A DNA stretch of 60,655 nt from a virus (lineage: Duplodnaviria > Caudoviricetes), in the IMG/VR virus record IMGVR_UViG_3300025671_000067, positions 1 through 60,655 of that record; one strand, 5' to 3'. Numbering within the stretch: position 1 is the first letter of the stretch; each line of letters begins with the position of its first letter. A program made the translations under genes and the position numbers. Positions 30,562-40,700 of the stretch are shown here, one piece after another. The notes beneath the pieces were generated by a model. That model had not been told where the DNA came from. It saw only the letters and a list, made by a program, of their open reading frames with translations, and did no database searches.

Positions 30562-32100
30562 TTAAGGGACGTAGTTTCTATCGATTGATTGGCTGACTTG
30601 TATAGTCCCGCCGTTTGGCCCTAATTCAAATCCGTTCACGTAGTAAGGGATATACCCTTCACGGTAAACAGCAACGTCAACAAACGTCCCAGCGCTGTAA
30701 GTATAGCTGTAGCTGGATGACGTCCCCGCGATGTCTTGATCGTCTTGTAACTTAGTGACAGTCCCTGACGATTTTATTACAACATCAGACCCGCTTACCA
30801 CGTTTGATATTGTAAGTGTCTTCTGCCCGATGTTTTTTATGACCGTAGCACCTGCCGTCCGGTAGCTAAAGTCTGTGTCAGACGTGATCGTGACGTTACC
30901 GCTGCTTATGTTGACGTAGATGGCTTCGTTTCCAGTTGAGCCATTACTGGACGCGTAATTTGTAAAGCTAATATTGGTCAATGTATGGCTAGTGCCGCCC
31001 GTAATCTCTAGGCCGTGGCCAGTGCCAGAGCTAATAAATTGCAGGTTTGATATTGTTGTTACAGATGACCCTGCCAGCAAAGCTGTGGTAGCGGTGCTTG
31101 CGTTGAAAATGCAACCAGTCATTGTGGCACCGCCTAGCGTCACCTGATTACAACGAGCAAAGGTTGTGTCTACGACTGAACTATTTGATTGGAATATAAA
31201 CGTGTCCATATCCCGAAATGCACAAGAATCTAAATTAATATCAGCGTTATCAACCGCCTCAAAATAACCTTTACTAACAGTTCCCAGCGCATTGATAGAG
31301 ATGCCTGTGAAATCTACACGACTGGCGGCATTCTGAACTTCAATACCGTTAAACGTACTGCCTACGAAATCTGTCTCAGCGACGAAGCAAGCCTTGTTGC
31401 TGTCCCGAAAGTCAACGCTGTTTCCACCTGTTGAGCCTAACTGAAGCAAGCCTTGGAATGTATATACACCGCTTCCGTAACGTAGCAGACCCCACTGGCG
31501 AGTCGTAGAGTTATCAAACGTTGCTGCCCCTGAGAATGTCGCATATCCGTTAGCCAAATCGCCATCAGTAATAATCAGAGATCGACCGTGGCGTATTGCG
31601 TCCAACTTGAATGGCTGACCTTTTGATGGGCCTGTTGACGGAACGTTCCACATACACCCCACGATATCGGTAGCCGTATGAGATCCGGTGCTTGCCGTGA
31701 CTGTTGGGTCAATCGGGTAGCATTTCCATCCGCCGATCTGGTAAGTGTCATTGCCGTCTACGTACCAGCGAGATTTAGTGGTGGCATTATTTCCTATGAT
31801 GATTTGAATGCCGCCCGATGATTTAGCTGCAATGGCCTGAGCTACGTCAGCCTTTGTCCAAACAAAGACCGCATCCCCTGAAGCAACCGTTGCACCACCG
31901 TTGTAGTAAATCCCACGCACAGAGCTAGAAAACGGGTTACGTGAGGCGCAGCTAGTCCCCTCAATGAAGTCATCTGCATCTGCCACGGTAATAGCATTCT
32001 GACCACCGCCGCCGTCAGTGATAAGGGTAAAGTTGGCGGTGCTGCCAGTATTCTCATCAATGATTGCAGATAAGTCTGTTGTATAGCTTGCAGCCGCCAT
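30562..32100 (-). CDS. Putative beta-helix/tailspike-like virion protein
   Basis: 512 aa, S/T/G/N-rich, with beta-helix-like periodicity in the C-terminal half. Confidence 0.55.
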   Translation of the reverse strand: MAAASYTTDLSAIIDENTGSTANFTLITDGGGGQNAITVADADDFIEGTSCASRNPFSSSVRGIYYNGGATVASGDAVFVWTKADVAQAIAAKSSGGIQIIIGNNATTKSRWYVDGNDTYQIGGWKCYPIDPTVTASTGSHTATDIVGCMWNVPSTGPSKGQPFKLDAIRHGRSLIITDGDLANGYATFSGAATFDNSTTRQWGLLRYGSGVYTFQGLLQLGSTGGNSVDFRDSNKACFVAETDFVGSTFNGIEVQNAASRVDFTGISINALGTVSKGYFEAVDNADINLDSCAFRDMDTFIFQSNSSVVDTTFARCNQVTLGGATMTGCIFNASTATTALLAGSSVTTISNLQFISSGTGHGLEITGGTSHTLTNISFTNYASSNGSTGNEAIYVNISSGNVTITSDTDFSYRTAGATVIKNIGQKTLTISNVVSGSDVVIKSSGTVTKLQDDQDIAGTSSSYSYTYSAGTFVDVAVYREGYIPYYVNGFELGPNGGTIQVSQSIDRNYVP

Positions 32101-32468
32101 TAGAGACTCATCCCACGCCCGACGATCTTGTCGGATAAAACGCCACCTGAAAAAGTATTATAAAAAGCATCTTCTGCTGCACCGCTAGGAACAAGTCTAT
32201 ATGCAGTGCCGTCAGCATAAGTGTATTCGTAGACATCCCCTTCAGCTATAGTCGTTAGGAGTGTAGGGGCACTACTGTAGTTGCTCGCGTACTCTGTCCA
32301 AGTCCGACTGGCCTTATCGTTAACTGTTTTAAGGCTTTGATCTAATTGGTTGAAGTATAGACGCAGTACGTTATTAATAGCCTCGAAAGCACTAGCTATG
32401 TACGTATTGGGCGCGTACGGCAATGCCGGAGCACGAAAATTAATTTTAAAATCCTTCAGAAGCGCCAT
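32100..32468 (-). CDS. Tail-associated protein
   Basis: APALPYAP...NVLRLYFNQLD N-terminus; directly follows the nozzle gene. Confidence 0.65.
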   Translation of the reverse strand: MALLKDFKINFRAPALPYAPNTYIASAFEAINNVLRLYFNQLDQSLKTVNDKASRTWTEYASNYSSAPTLLTTIAEGDVYEYTYADGTAYRLVPSGAAEDAFYNTFSGGVLSDKIVGRGMSL

Positions 32469-34354
32469 TAGCGTCTCCCATCAGGTCTCATATCAAATCG
32501 GGGACTGCCTAACTGCCATGCCACTCCTAGGTCCGTAGACTCGATTTTAACCGACATTTGCCTACCCCGTACCCTAGTATTAAGCTGTCCAGTAAACTGC
32601 TCTATGGGCAACGTAGCCGTTCTGACGATACTTCCATTGTTTGATCCACCCTCTGAAGTCGGTGAATTGTATCCAGAACCAGAATTAGCCAAAGGTAATA
32701 ACGACATCACCGCGCTAGGACTGCTTGCAGTAGACCCTGTAAACCTAATATCAGGAAGCACGCGCCAAATAAACATGAACTGGTGCCCGTCATCTAGATC
32801 AAACTCTGCTGTTGCTATGGACGCTGGTATTGCTGTCGCTGTACCGGTCTCGTTGTCGTCTACACCTTGCTCGTGGTTTACTAGATTATACGAATATGTA
32901 GCAGCTAATGGATAGTCCCGCAGTCCAGAATCTAACCATGCCGTTCTAGACATATTCCCGTAGTACCATATATCTTGCAGGTAATTATAGATAACGTACT
33001 TATCGATAACGGTAGAGTCTTCAGAACAGTAAAACCACCAAATTTCATGGTATGACTCGTTGGTACCCGCAAAAACCTGTTGATACTGCTGGTGATTAAA
33101 GTCGTTAAATATGTACTTCCGCAGATCACATCGGAGGGGCTGAGTTCGCCCGTCGTACATATAAAATTTATCGTTACCCATCCAGTAAGCTACCCCATTA
33201 GCGTATGCGACGCAGTTTTGTGAGGCAACAGATATGTTTTCCCCTACGATCTGCGCGGTCCATACTGCGGGAGCGCCTACATACTGCAGGGAATACAATG
33301 ACGAGTTAGTCCACACCAGTACTTCTTGGCGGGCTTGTGATGCTGTGACAATCTCTGTACCGCGTGATAACCGTAGGCTACCTGCTTGATTCGTTGCTGC
33401 TGGGGTCCAGTTAGTGGCGTCTTCTTGGTCTGACCAACGGATTAGCATCGGGTCGAAAGTAGCAGTGCCAATGTCATTACAACCAAAACAAAACACAAAG
33501 CGGTTAATATCTGACACCACAATAAAGTTTTGGTCGGTCGGAACATCTGACGCACCACCCAAGCTGGATAAGAGGACCGCCCGAGTAGATACCCCGCTAG
33601 TAGCATCCCAATAGTAGATAGCCCCACCACGAGGTCCAAAAATAAGATCTTCTCCAAAATTAGACTGGCTCCATAAACGGATTGCGTTCGTCGATACTGT
33701 CCCTGTACCCCACGTACCAGACCCCCAAGTTCCTGCACCCCATCCAGTTAATGGAATAGCGTAAGGAAATCCGACGTTAATCTGATATTCACCGACTACA
33801 GAAGCACCACCGTTGCCAGTGTCCGAAACATCTGCTGTTACCGTATTACCTAACGTATCTTTAGCAGTAATCAAGTATGTACTAGCGTCTACTGCGTTGT
33901 CGATCTGGTACTCTTGGTTAAGTACATCAGCGGTTATATTACCGCCTAAAGAGACCGCCCCGCTAAACGTCACAAAGTCCCCAGTAATCGCACCGTGACC
34001 AGCATCAGTAACCGTTATAGTAGAACTACCTGAAGTAGCAGAAAAAGTAACATCTCCCGCAGCGGTCGTAGCTCGGATCGGCGTAATATCATTATACCCA
34101 CCGCCTTCTTCCAGATAGAACTTAAGATTAGTGCCTACTCCAATAAGATTGATACTGCCTAACGTAATCCAGTTCCATAACGAACGACATACGCCAAGAA
34201 ACGACGTAGTGGATATACGCTGCCAGCCGCCAATCTTTTCGGGGTAGCCCTGACGGAACCTGACTTTATCGCAGTCGTACCAACCGCCTTCGCTTGTGTA
34301 CCGAGTGTTCTCTCGATTAACTCCGGGCTTTATCTGTAGTTTTTGTAGTGGCAT
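32468..34354 (-). CDS. Tail nozzle / stabilisation protein (P22 gp10 / tubular protein B-like)
   Basis: 628 aa, beta-propeller-like; VRFRQGYPEKIGGW, IRWSDQED, C-terminal DMRPDGRR. Confidence 0.75.
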   Translation of the reverse strand: MPLQKLQIKPGVNRENTRYTSEGGWYDCDKVRFRQGYPEKIGGWQRISTTSFLGVCRSLWNWITLGSINLIGVGTNLKFYLEEGGGYNDITPIRATTAAGDVTFSATSGSSTITVTDAGHGAITGDFVTFSGAVSLGGNITADVLNQEYQIDNAVDASTYLITAKDTLGNTVTADVSDTGNGGASVVGEYQINVGFPYAIPLTGWGAGTWGSGTWGTGTVSTNAIRLWSQSNFGEDLIFGPRGGAIYYWDATSGVSTRAVLLSSLGGASDVPTDQNFIVVSDINRFVFCFGCNDIGTATFDPMLIRWSDQEDATNWTPAATNQAGSLRLSRGTEIVTASQARQEVLVWTNSSLYSLQYVGAPAVWTAQIVGENISVASQNCVAYANGVAYWMGNDKFYMYDGRTQPLRCDLRKYIFNDFNHQQYQQVFAGTNESYHEIWWFYCSEDSTVIDKYVIYNYLQDIWYYGNMSRTAWLDSGLRDYPLAATYSYNLVNHEQGVDDNETGTATAIPASIATAEFDLDDGHQFMFIWRVLPDIRFTGSTASSPSAVMSLLPLANSGSGYNSPTSEGGSNNGSIVRTATLPIEQFTGQLNTRVRGRQMSVKIESTDLGVAWQLGSPRFDMRPDGRR

Positions 34355-34364
34355 ACATCACCCA

Positions 34365-34577
34365 TCATAAAGTTTCACCGAAGACCGGAGGTAGCGTAGT
34401 AACTTTGATAGCGACATTCTGCTTTAGGTTTAAGGTAGCCCCACAATCGGAGCAGGTGTCGGCTTCTAGTTCCGACTCGTCTAGGTCAAACCCACAGGCA
34501 GCACATACGATTTCTATATCGTGAGCAGGGTCTACGTTCCCCCCTTCTAGCTCTTTTGGCTCGTGACTTACTCGCAT
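34365..34577 (-). CDS. Small zinc-ribbon protein
   Basis: CAAC...CSDC; start moved to the ATG after the GAGG RBS. Confidence 0.65.
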   Translation of the reverse strand: MRVSHEPKELEGGNVDPAHDIEIVCAACGFDLDESELEADTCSDCGATLNLKQNVAIKVTTLPPVFGETL

Positions 34578-34579
34578 AT

Positions 34580-35011
34580 CTACCTCTTCTGGTATTCGCC
34601 GGACTTGATCATCTGGCAGACTTCTAAGGCCCTGTCGCCTACTTGCGTGGCCCACTTGCTGTCGTAAAACTCGTCCCCAGCCTCTACGTATCTACCTTCG
34701 GCCATGTGCCCTAAAGCCTTGACGAAGCCCCTAAGTCTGGTTTGGCCGATATTAAACGACAAGTTAATCAATGCTTCTTGGCGTACAGAATCTAAGTCGT
34801 CGAACCATTCATATTCCGTATCTAGCTCTTTTCGGCACCGATCTATATCGTTTTGTAATAAGTAGTCGATCTCGTCGTCAGATAGACCAAGCCCAATACC
34901 TTCTTCTAAGCAACGTCCTACACCCACTGTGACGTAGCCTAGATGATCTTTGTAGGCATGGGTTTTTACCCCTTCATGCCGCTTAAGTAATTCTCGTATT
35001 CTGTAACTCAT
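34580..35011 (-). CDS. Endolysin, T4-type lysozyme (GH24)
   Basis: HEGVKTHAYKDHLGYVTVGVG (E-x8-D-x5-T triad), FNIG, DSKWATQVGDRA. Confidence 0.92.
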   Translation of the reverse strand: MSYRIRELLKRHEGVKTHAYKDHLGYVTVGVGRCLEEGIGLGLSDDEIDYLLQNDIDRCRKELDTEYEWFDDLDSVRQEALINLSFNIGQTRLRGFVKALGHMAEGRYVEAGDEFYDSKWATQVGDRALEVCQMIKSGEYQKR

Positions 35012-35484
35012 TGGTCGTGCTTATGCGATGCGCCGTAATAAAAGCTTATGATAGATGAGACAATACCCCCGAGATAGCCCAGCACAAGATTAACAATGCC
35101 GTCATCATTAGCAGCGGGATCTTGTATTGTGACCATTGCGATGTATCCTCCGAAGAAAAGAACGCATGTAATCGCAATAAAACGTGGCGTCCAATCGCCT
35201 TGGAAAGCTTGTCTAGCGTTTTGAATATCTGCTGTTTCAAGTGCAAAAACATCAACATCTAACTCCTTCATCCGTGCCTCGAAGTCCAGTTCCGCCTTCT
35301 TGATCTCCGCAAGTTGTTCGGGCGTCGCAGTCTGTACGGCTTTCTCAATGCTCTTCTCATCAGGACCACATCCAAGTACGTTAGCAATAGCTTGCGCTGC
35401 GGTACCACCAAGAGGCCCACCAAGAGCCTGCCCAAGTGTCGGGGCGACCGCCCCAATCAAACCTTTAATCGCACCGAATTTCAT
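35008..35484 (-). CDS. Putative holin (3TM type)
   Basis: APTLGQALGGPLGG N-terminus, C-terminal TM helices, ISFYYGAS; adjacent to the lysozyme. Confidence 0.75.
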   Translation of the reverse strand: MKFGAIKGLIGAVAPTLGQALGGPLGGTAAQAIANVLGCGPDEKSIEKAVQTATPEQLAEIKKAELDFEARMKELDVDVFALETADIQNARQAFQGDWTPRFIAITCVLFFGGYIAMVTIQDPAANDDGIVNLVLGYLGGIVSSIISFYYGASHKHDQ

Positions 35485-35485
35485 A

Positions 35486-35674
35486 CTACATCCTCATCCA
35501 TTCAGCAAATACGATAGCCCCTAGAATAAACGGATATATAGCAAGCACCATGCGTTCTAGTCGTTGGAACTTAAGGCCTCCTTCGTCAAGCCGTTTCTCT
35601 ATGTTCTGGTACCGGATCTTGCACTCAGCTTCATGGATTTCAATCTTTTTTAGGGCTTCCTCTGCAATGTTCAT
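35486..35674 (-). CDS. Small coiled-coil protein with C-terminal TM helix
   Basis: HEAECKIRYQNIEKRLD followed by a hydrophobic tail. Confidence 0.7.
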   Translation of the reverse strand: MNIAEEALKKIEIHEAECKIRYQNIEKRLDEGGLKFQRLERMVLAIYPFILGAIVFAEWMRM

Positions 35675-36465
35675 GAACTATTCCTAATGTATACAATCTC
35701 AAACGCAGCAGAAATGTCGAAAGTGACGGAAGCAGATGACGATACTGCCCGTACTTCGATGTCCGACTTCTCTGTAAATTTTTGTGGGATCGTAAAGGAT
35801 TCTTCAATATGCATACCTGTTGTCAAAGACTTAACGTCCTTTGACTGAAATACTTCTCCGAATGGCCTGACCGCCAAAATTAATTTGCATACCGCAGGGG
35901 TGTTGGAGGTAGTTCCATTCGATACATCATATTGAAGCATATACCCAGTGTGACCCGCAGGCACTGTCCAAAGAGCCATTAGGCTTTGATTTGAACCAGT
36001 AACTCCATTAATGCTTGCGTATACATTTGCTGGAACCCCAGTCGTTACCGTTCCTGTGCCCGCGTAAATAACTCCAGCATTTGCGCCCCCCGAACCCGCA
36101 GAACGAACAATCATTCTATTAATCCTCAAAAACGATTGGGTTGTGTTGACTGCGGTTTGCCCGTTCAGGGTTACAATTTCAGTTATTTCGTTGTAGTCAC
36201 CATCAAGGCCATATAACTGAACCGTCCTTGCTCCAGTTCCAGCAGAAGTATCATCTGTCGAAGAACTAGAAACTTTAAGGACGGTTGCAGAAGTTAAATA
36301 ACTATATAAGCCACCTTCAGCCCATATGGTTGCTATACTATCAGTAACAGAAGAGTTATTACCGAACTTAAAAAGTGGGTAATGCCAAGCAATTTGCCCT
36401 CTAGCTACTTGAAGCTCGAAAGGCTCGCTGGTGCCAACCCTCGTTATTGACGATATTTCAGCCAT
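35671..36465 (-). CDS. Hypothetical phage protein (beta-rich)
   Basis: 264 aa ORF in the late operon. Confidence 0.75.
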   Translation of the reverse strand: MAEISSITRVGTSEPFELQVARGQIAWHYPLFKFGNNSSVTDSIATIWAEGGLYSYLTSATVLKVSSSSTDDTSAGTGARTVQLYGLDGDYNEITEIVTLNGQTAVNTTQSFLRINRMIVRSAGSGGANAGVIYAGTGTVTTGVPANVYASINGVTGSNQSLMALWTVPAGHTGYMLQYDVSNGTTSNTPAVCKLILAVRPFGEVFQSKDVKSLTTGMHIEESFTIPQKFTEKSDIEVRAVSSSASVTFDISAAFEIVYIRNSS

Positions 36466-36466
36466 G

Positions 36467-36757
36467 TTAGCCTGCCGCTTCTTCTACTTCTTCAACAATC
36501 ACAATGGATTCTTTAAGTGCATTCTGTCTATAGTTAAGTGCAACCTGAAGGTTGACCATTTGTCGTTGTGCTGACGCTACTTGATTCTGTATTTCTGCAA
36601 TCTGGTTACGTAAGTTGACGACTTCTACGTAATGCTGCTTAGCGTCATCTGTTTGCTCGTTCATGTCATATTCTTGGTCGTCGATTACAACGATGACGGG
36701 CTGTGCTTTTTGTTGTTCTTGCGCTTCTTGCACTTCTTGTTGCTCCACTTCACTCAT
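36467..36757 (-). CDS. Hypothetical coiled-coil protein
   Basis: RBS AGGAG; IDDQEY followed by a coiled coil. Confidence 0.7.
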   Translation of the reverse strand: MSEVEQQEVQEAQEQQKAQPVIVVIDDQEYDMNEQTDDAKQHYVEVVNLRNQIAEIQNQVASAQRQMVNLQVALNYRQNALKESIVIVEEVEEAAG

Positions 36758-36766
36758 ATTAGTCTC

Positions 36767-37165
36767 CTAGTTTTTAGCGACTTTACTATTCCACAGTTCA
36801 AAAAGCGTTTCTATCTTTTGTTCCTGTGTTTCGGTGTGGCTGCGTAAGCGGCCAAGTTCAATTTCCATCGCACGCATGTCTTTTTCGATGTCGTTCATTT
36901 CTTTGATCTTTTCTTCTAACGCCATAATCTTAGCGTTTTGGATCAGATCATCAGGCAACGCACCTCGCAAACCAAGCGGCCACTCCCGAACAAAATCGGC
37001 GTTGTCTTGGATCTGCATCTGGTGCATCTCGTGTCCGTGCTCAACCCCGGTAATCCGGGTATCAAGCGTGACATACGCAGTAGTCGCCATGACAATGCCA
37101 GCGGATAAAGCAACCAAGTTCCGCAAAGGGATCTCGACTGTTGTATTTTCTGATAGCTCTGTCAT
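36767..37165 (-). CDS. Membrane-anchored coiled-coil protein
   Basis: N-terminal TM helix; C-terminal TLFELWN. Confidence 0.7.
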   Translation of the reverse strand: MTELSENTTVEIPLRNLVALSAGIVMATTAYVTLDTRITGVEHGHEMHQMQIQDNADFVREWPLGLRGALPDDLIQNAKIMALEEKIKEMNDIEKDMRAMEIELGRLRSHTETQEQKIETLFELWNSKVAKN

Positions 37166-37167
37166 GG

Positions 37168-37320
37168 CTATTTATCACGGTTATTCCACAAATCGAAGAG
37201 GGTTCGCACCTTCTCCTTAATCTGCTCGATGTCAGCGTGCATCTTTGCCAGTATAATCACAAGGGTTACAAACCCGACCGCGACGGGCCATAACACATTA
37301 ATTGCATCTAGCGCGGTCAT
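37168..37320 (-). CDS. 50-aa membrane protein (not in ORF track)
   Basis: MTALDAINVLWPVAVGFVTLVIILAK...KVRTLFDLWNNRDK. Confidence 0.65.
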   Translation of the reverse strand: MTALDAINVLWPVAVGFVTLVIILAKMHADIEQIKEKVRTLFDLWNNRDK

Positions 37321-37326
37321 AAAGCA

Positions 37327-37497
37327 TTAGGCGTCCTTGTTCTTGGCATGCCCGATATTGACTGCGAGCAGATCAAGAAACTTCTTAGCCTTTGCCACAA
37401 TCGCATCGTCCTTCGGCGTAGGCGTCATAGCACTCACCACCGAGGCCAACGTAACCGCAGCAGTTAGCCAGTTGAAGATATCCCAGAGTAATTCCAT
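37327..37497 (-). CDS. 56-aa membrane protein, holin-like (not in ORF track)
   Basis: MELLWDIFNWLTAAVTLASVVSAMTPTPKDD...; TAATG coupling to the upstream gene. Confidence 0.7.
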   Translation of the reverse strand: MELLWDIFNWLTAAVTLASVVSAMTPTPKDDAIVAKAKKFLDLLAVNIGHAKNKDA

Positions 37498-37793
37498 TAC
37501 CAAGGCACTCCATTAGCCTGAGTTGGATTCTTGTCGCTTTCAATCTTGGCTGCAAGCGATGCCTCAATAGCGTCCTGATCGACACCGTTTGCCCAACACC
37601 AGCCCAATACCTGAGACTCCGTTAAGTCGTCGTAAGGCGTAAAGTCAGGGCTTGATGCGTCATAGGTAAAGCCGCAAGTGCCGTATGATGATGCAGAGTA
37701 GTCTCCGTCAACTGCGGTGCAGCGCCAATGGGCAATAAAAACCCCGCCGTCAGATAGCTCACGTTCAAGCGTTGAGATTGTCCATGTAACCAT
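37497..37793 (-). CDS. Tail-fibre-associated small protein
   Basis: WTISTLE...AHWRC...FTPYDDLTESQVLGW...GVPW; directly follows the tail fibre gene. Confidence 0.7.
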   Translation of the reverse strand: MVTWTISTLERELSDGGVFIAHWRCTAVDGDYSASSYGTCGFTYDASSPDFTPYDDLTESQVLGWCWANGVDQDAIEASLAAKIESDKNPTQANGVPW

Positions 37794-40700
37794 TAGTTAG
37801 CTCCTTCTAATGTTGCGATACGTGCAGTTAATTCCTGAATAGCTTTGATCAATACTGGAACCATCTGCGCTTGATCGACTAGCCATTTCTGATCGCTTTC
37901 TTCGTCAATACTTAGGTCTTCTTCGTTCCGTGGTGCGTTTACTGCAAAAGGCAAAACGTCCACTAGCTCTTGAGCCAAAACGCCTGTCCACTTGCCACGA
38001 GCATTACGGTTATTGAATGAGGTGTCAGATGGATCGTCCCAGTTGAAATCCACGACACGGACTTGATTAAGTTTTTCTGTGGCGTTCATTTCGGTGTCAA
38101 CGATATTAGTCTTCAATCGTTGATCAGAGGACACTTGAATGGCAGCGTTTCCAATGTACAGTGTTGCTGAACCACCTCCTGCTGAACTGGAACGTATTTG
38201 ATTGTCGCCGTTTGCTGCGCCTACATAGACGCCTTCACCAACCATGATATTGCCGCTGTTAATGCCGGCTGAATAAAGGTTAAAAAAGCCGCGACCACCT
38301 GCGTGGAGGTCTTTGAAGCGTGAATCAGGTTCGCCTAAGTCAACGGTGTTGTCACGCTTTGCACCAGCGGCATTTGTAGGAAGAATTTGATTAGTTGCAT
38401 CGTCAAAACGTAAGTAACAATTGCCTGAGCCAATTTGTAAATCTGTTCCGTCGGTAGAAGCAATACTACCGACTGGTGCGCCGTCTTTGTAGAAAATTGC
38501 AATTTCGCCGTCACTGTCTGTTCTGTTTACAAGCAGAGGAACGCCGCCCCATTTTGCAAGACCTAATCGACCACCGCCTAAAAAGATACCATCGTCGGCT
38601 GCTGTTGCTGTTGAATTATCCCAAGGCGTTGTATCAGTAGTCCCAACCAACAAGTTGCCGCTGGAGTCGATGCGCATGCGTTCGGTTGAATCTTCATAAA
38701 ACCTTAAAGCGTCAGCCGCAGAGGAAACCAGCAACGACCACTCATTTGTTCCGCCTTCAATTTGGACAGTAGCAGAACTTGCGTTTGATACTTCAATGTT
38801 TCTTGTGCCAACCCCGGTTGAACTTAGCTTCCCAACCAGCAAGTTGCCGCTGGCATCAAGCGTCATGGCTGCTTCAAGAGTTATTGTGGCGTCTGCTGCT
38901 GGTGATACATCTGTACTTCTATACCAAGTGTGTGCGCCGAAACTTTGTTCGTAGATAGTTGCATTAGCTGCCGTTGAAAATTTAAATCCACCGTTGTAAT
39001 ACGCGTTTTGGCCTGAGTACAAATAGTCGGCGAGTTGCGAGCCAACAAATCCACCTTTGGTCACAAGCGAGCTAAATGATGTGTCCCAAACTGGGGTAGT
39101 GTTTGACAGTCTGACTTGCCCCTGCGAGTCGATACGCATGCGTTCTGTTGGAGAATCATTACCACCACCATCAGAGTCAGTAGTGCTAAAAATTAAATTA
39201 CCGTCTACTGCCCCGCCCGGCCCTTCGTTTCCAGTAACGTAGTTTGCAATGCTGGCTTTTACTCCAGCGTCATCTGCATCTGCCGAATAAAATTCAATAG
39301 CTCCAACATTTACGTTGATTCCGATGGAGCTTGAAGAGCCGACACGAATAACAGCGTCACTGCCGCTAGAAGTTCTAACGTCTAATGTTTTAGCTGGACT
39401 AACACCAATCCCGACGTTGCCGCTTGAGTCGATGCGCATGCGTTCTGATACACCAGCCGAGCCACTAGGCGCAGTATTAAAAGTAAGCTCGCTACCAGCA
39501 CCAGACCCTGCATATAAATTTACAATGCTTGCGGTAACATTTTCGTTACCAGTATCGCTCGTATAAAATTCTATGCCGCCTTGTGGGTTTGCTGCTGTAG
39601 CAGAGGTATCTGTGTCCGTGATGCGAATAAAGTTGGCTTTTGATCCTGCGTTGTTGTTGCCAGAGACTTCCAGCTTTCGGTTTACTGTGGTAGTACCAAT
39701 CCCGACGTTGCCGCTGTCATCAAGTGTCACTGAAGCAGTTGTAGAGGTGCTGTTATAGAAACCTAAATCTCCATCAACATCGACACCTATTTGCCACGTT
39801 TCGCCAGCACCAGCAGGTTCTTCAATCGTAATTGCATGTGCGTTTGAGTCAGATTTGACAATAAGATTTCCAACGCTTGTGCTGTTATCTGTTGTCCCTA
39901 CAAAAACTTGGCCGCTGGAGTTGATAGTCATAGCTCTTGTGGCTGCGTCTGTTCCTGTCGTGCTTCCGTGTACAAAAAAGCCTAGTCCAACAACATCAGC
40001 ATCCGAAGCACTATCACCTATTGCAGCTATACCCGCTGAACCAGTACCTTTTGATAGAGATATAGCACCATACGGATTACTTACACCTGTTGTGGCTGCT
40101 GCGTTTCTGATTTTTAATCCAGCGGTGTCGTGGACTCCTGTATATGTTCCAGCCTGCTCAACCATTAAAAGAGTTTCAGGACTCGCCGTACCAATCCCAA
40201 CTCGACCGCTGGAGTCGATACGGAGGCGTTCTGTAGCTCTAGCACCTTCTGAGTCAGAACTTAATGAGGTAGCAAATACAAGTTCAGCTCCAGCGCCAGT
40301 AGCAGTCTCAGCTCTTGCTTCAATAAAAGCGGCTACGTTTGGCCCTGCACCAGAACTGTCTGTATTGTAAAACTCAATACCCGCAAAGTTTGTGTCTTCG
40401 ACGTTGCCAGAGTTACCTGATATTCTCAAGTAGCTTTCGCTTGATGTTGCTGATGTAATTTCTGCTACTCTAGACGGACTCGTAGTCCCAATCCCCAGCG
40501 ACTCTGCCGAAGCATCCCAGAACAACTTCGCAGTCGTGCCAGTGTCTTCGTAGAAGCTGATGTCGCCTGATGCTCCAATAGTTAATGCCTTTGTTTGTGC
40601 AAAGGAACCGCCACCAGCATGGTCTTCGGTTACAAATTCAAATCCTGCCGTATAAGCAGACGCAACGGTTGGCTGCAATCCACTAATAACATTTATTTTT

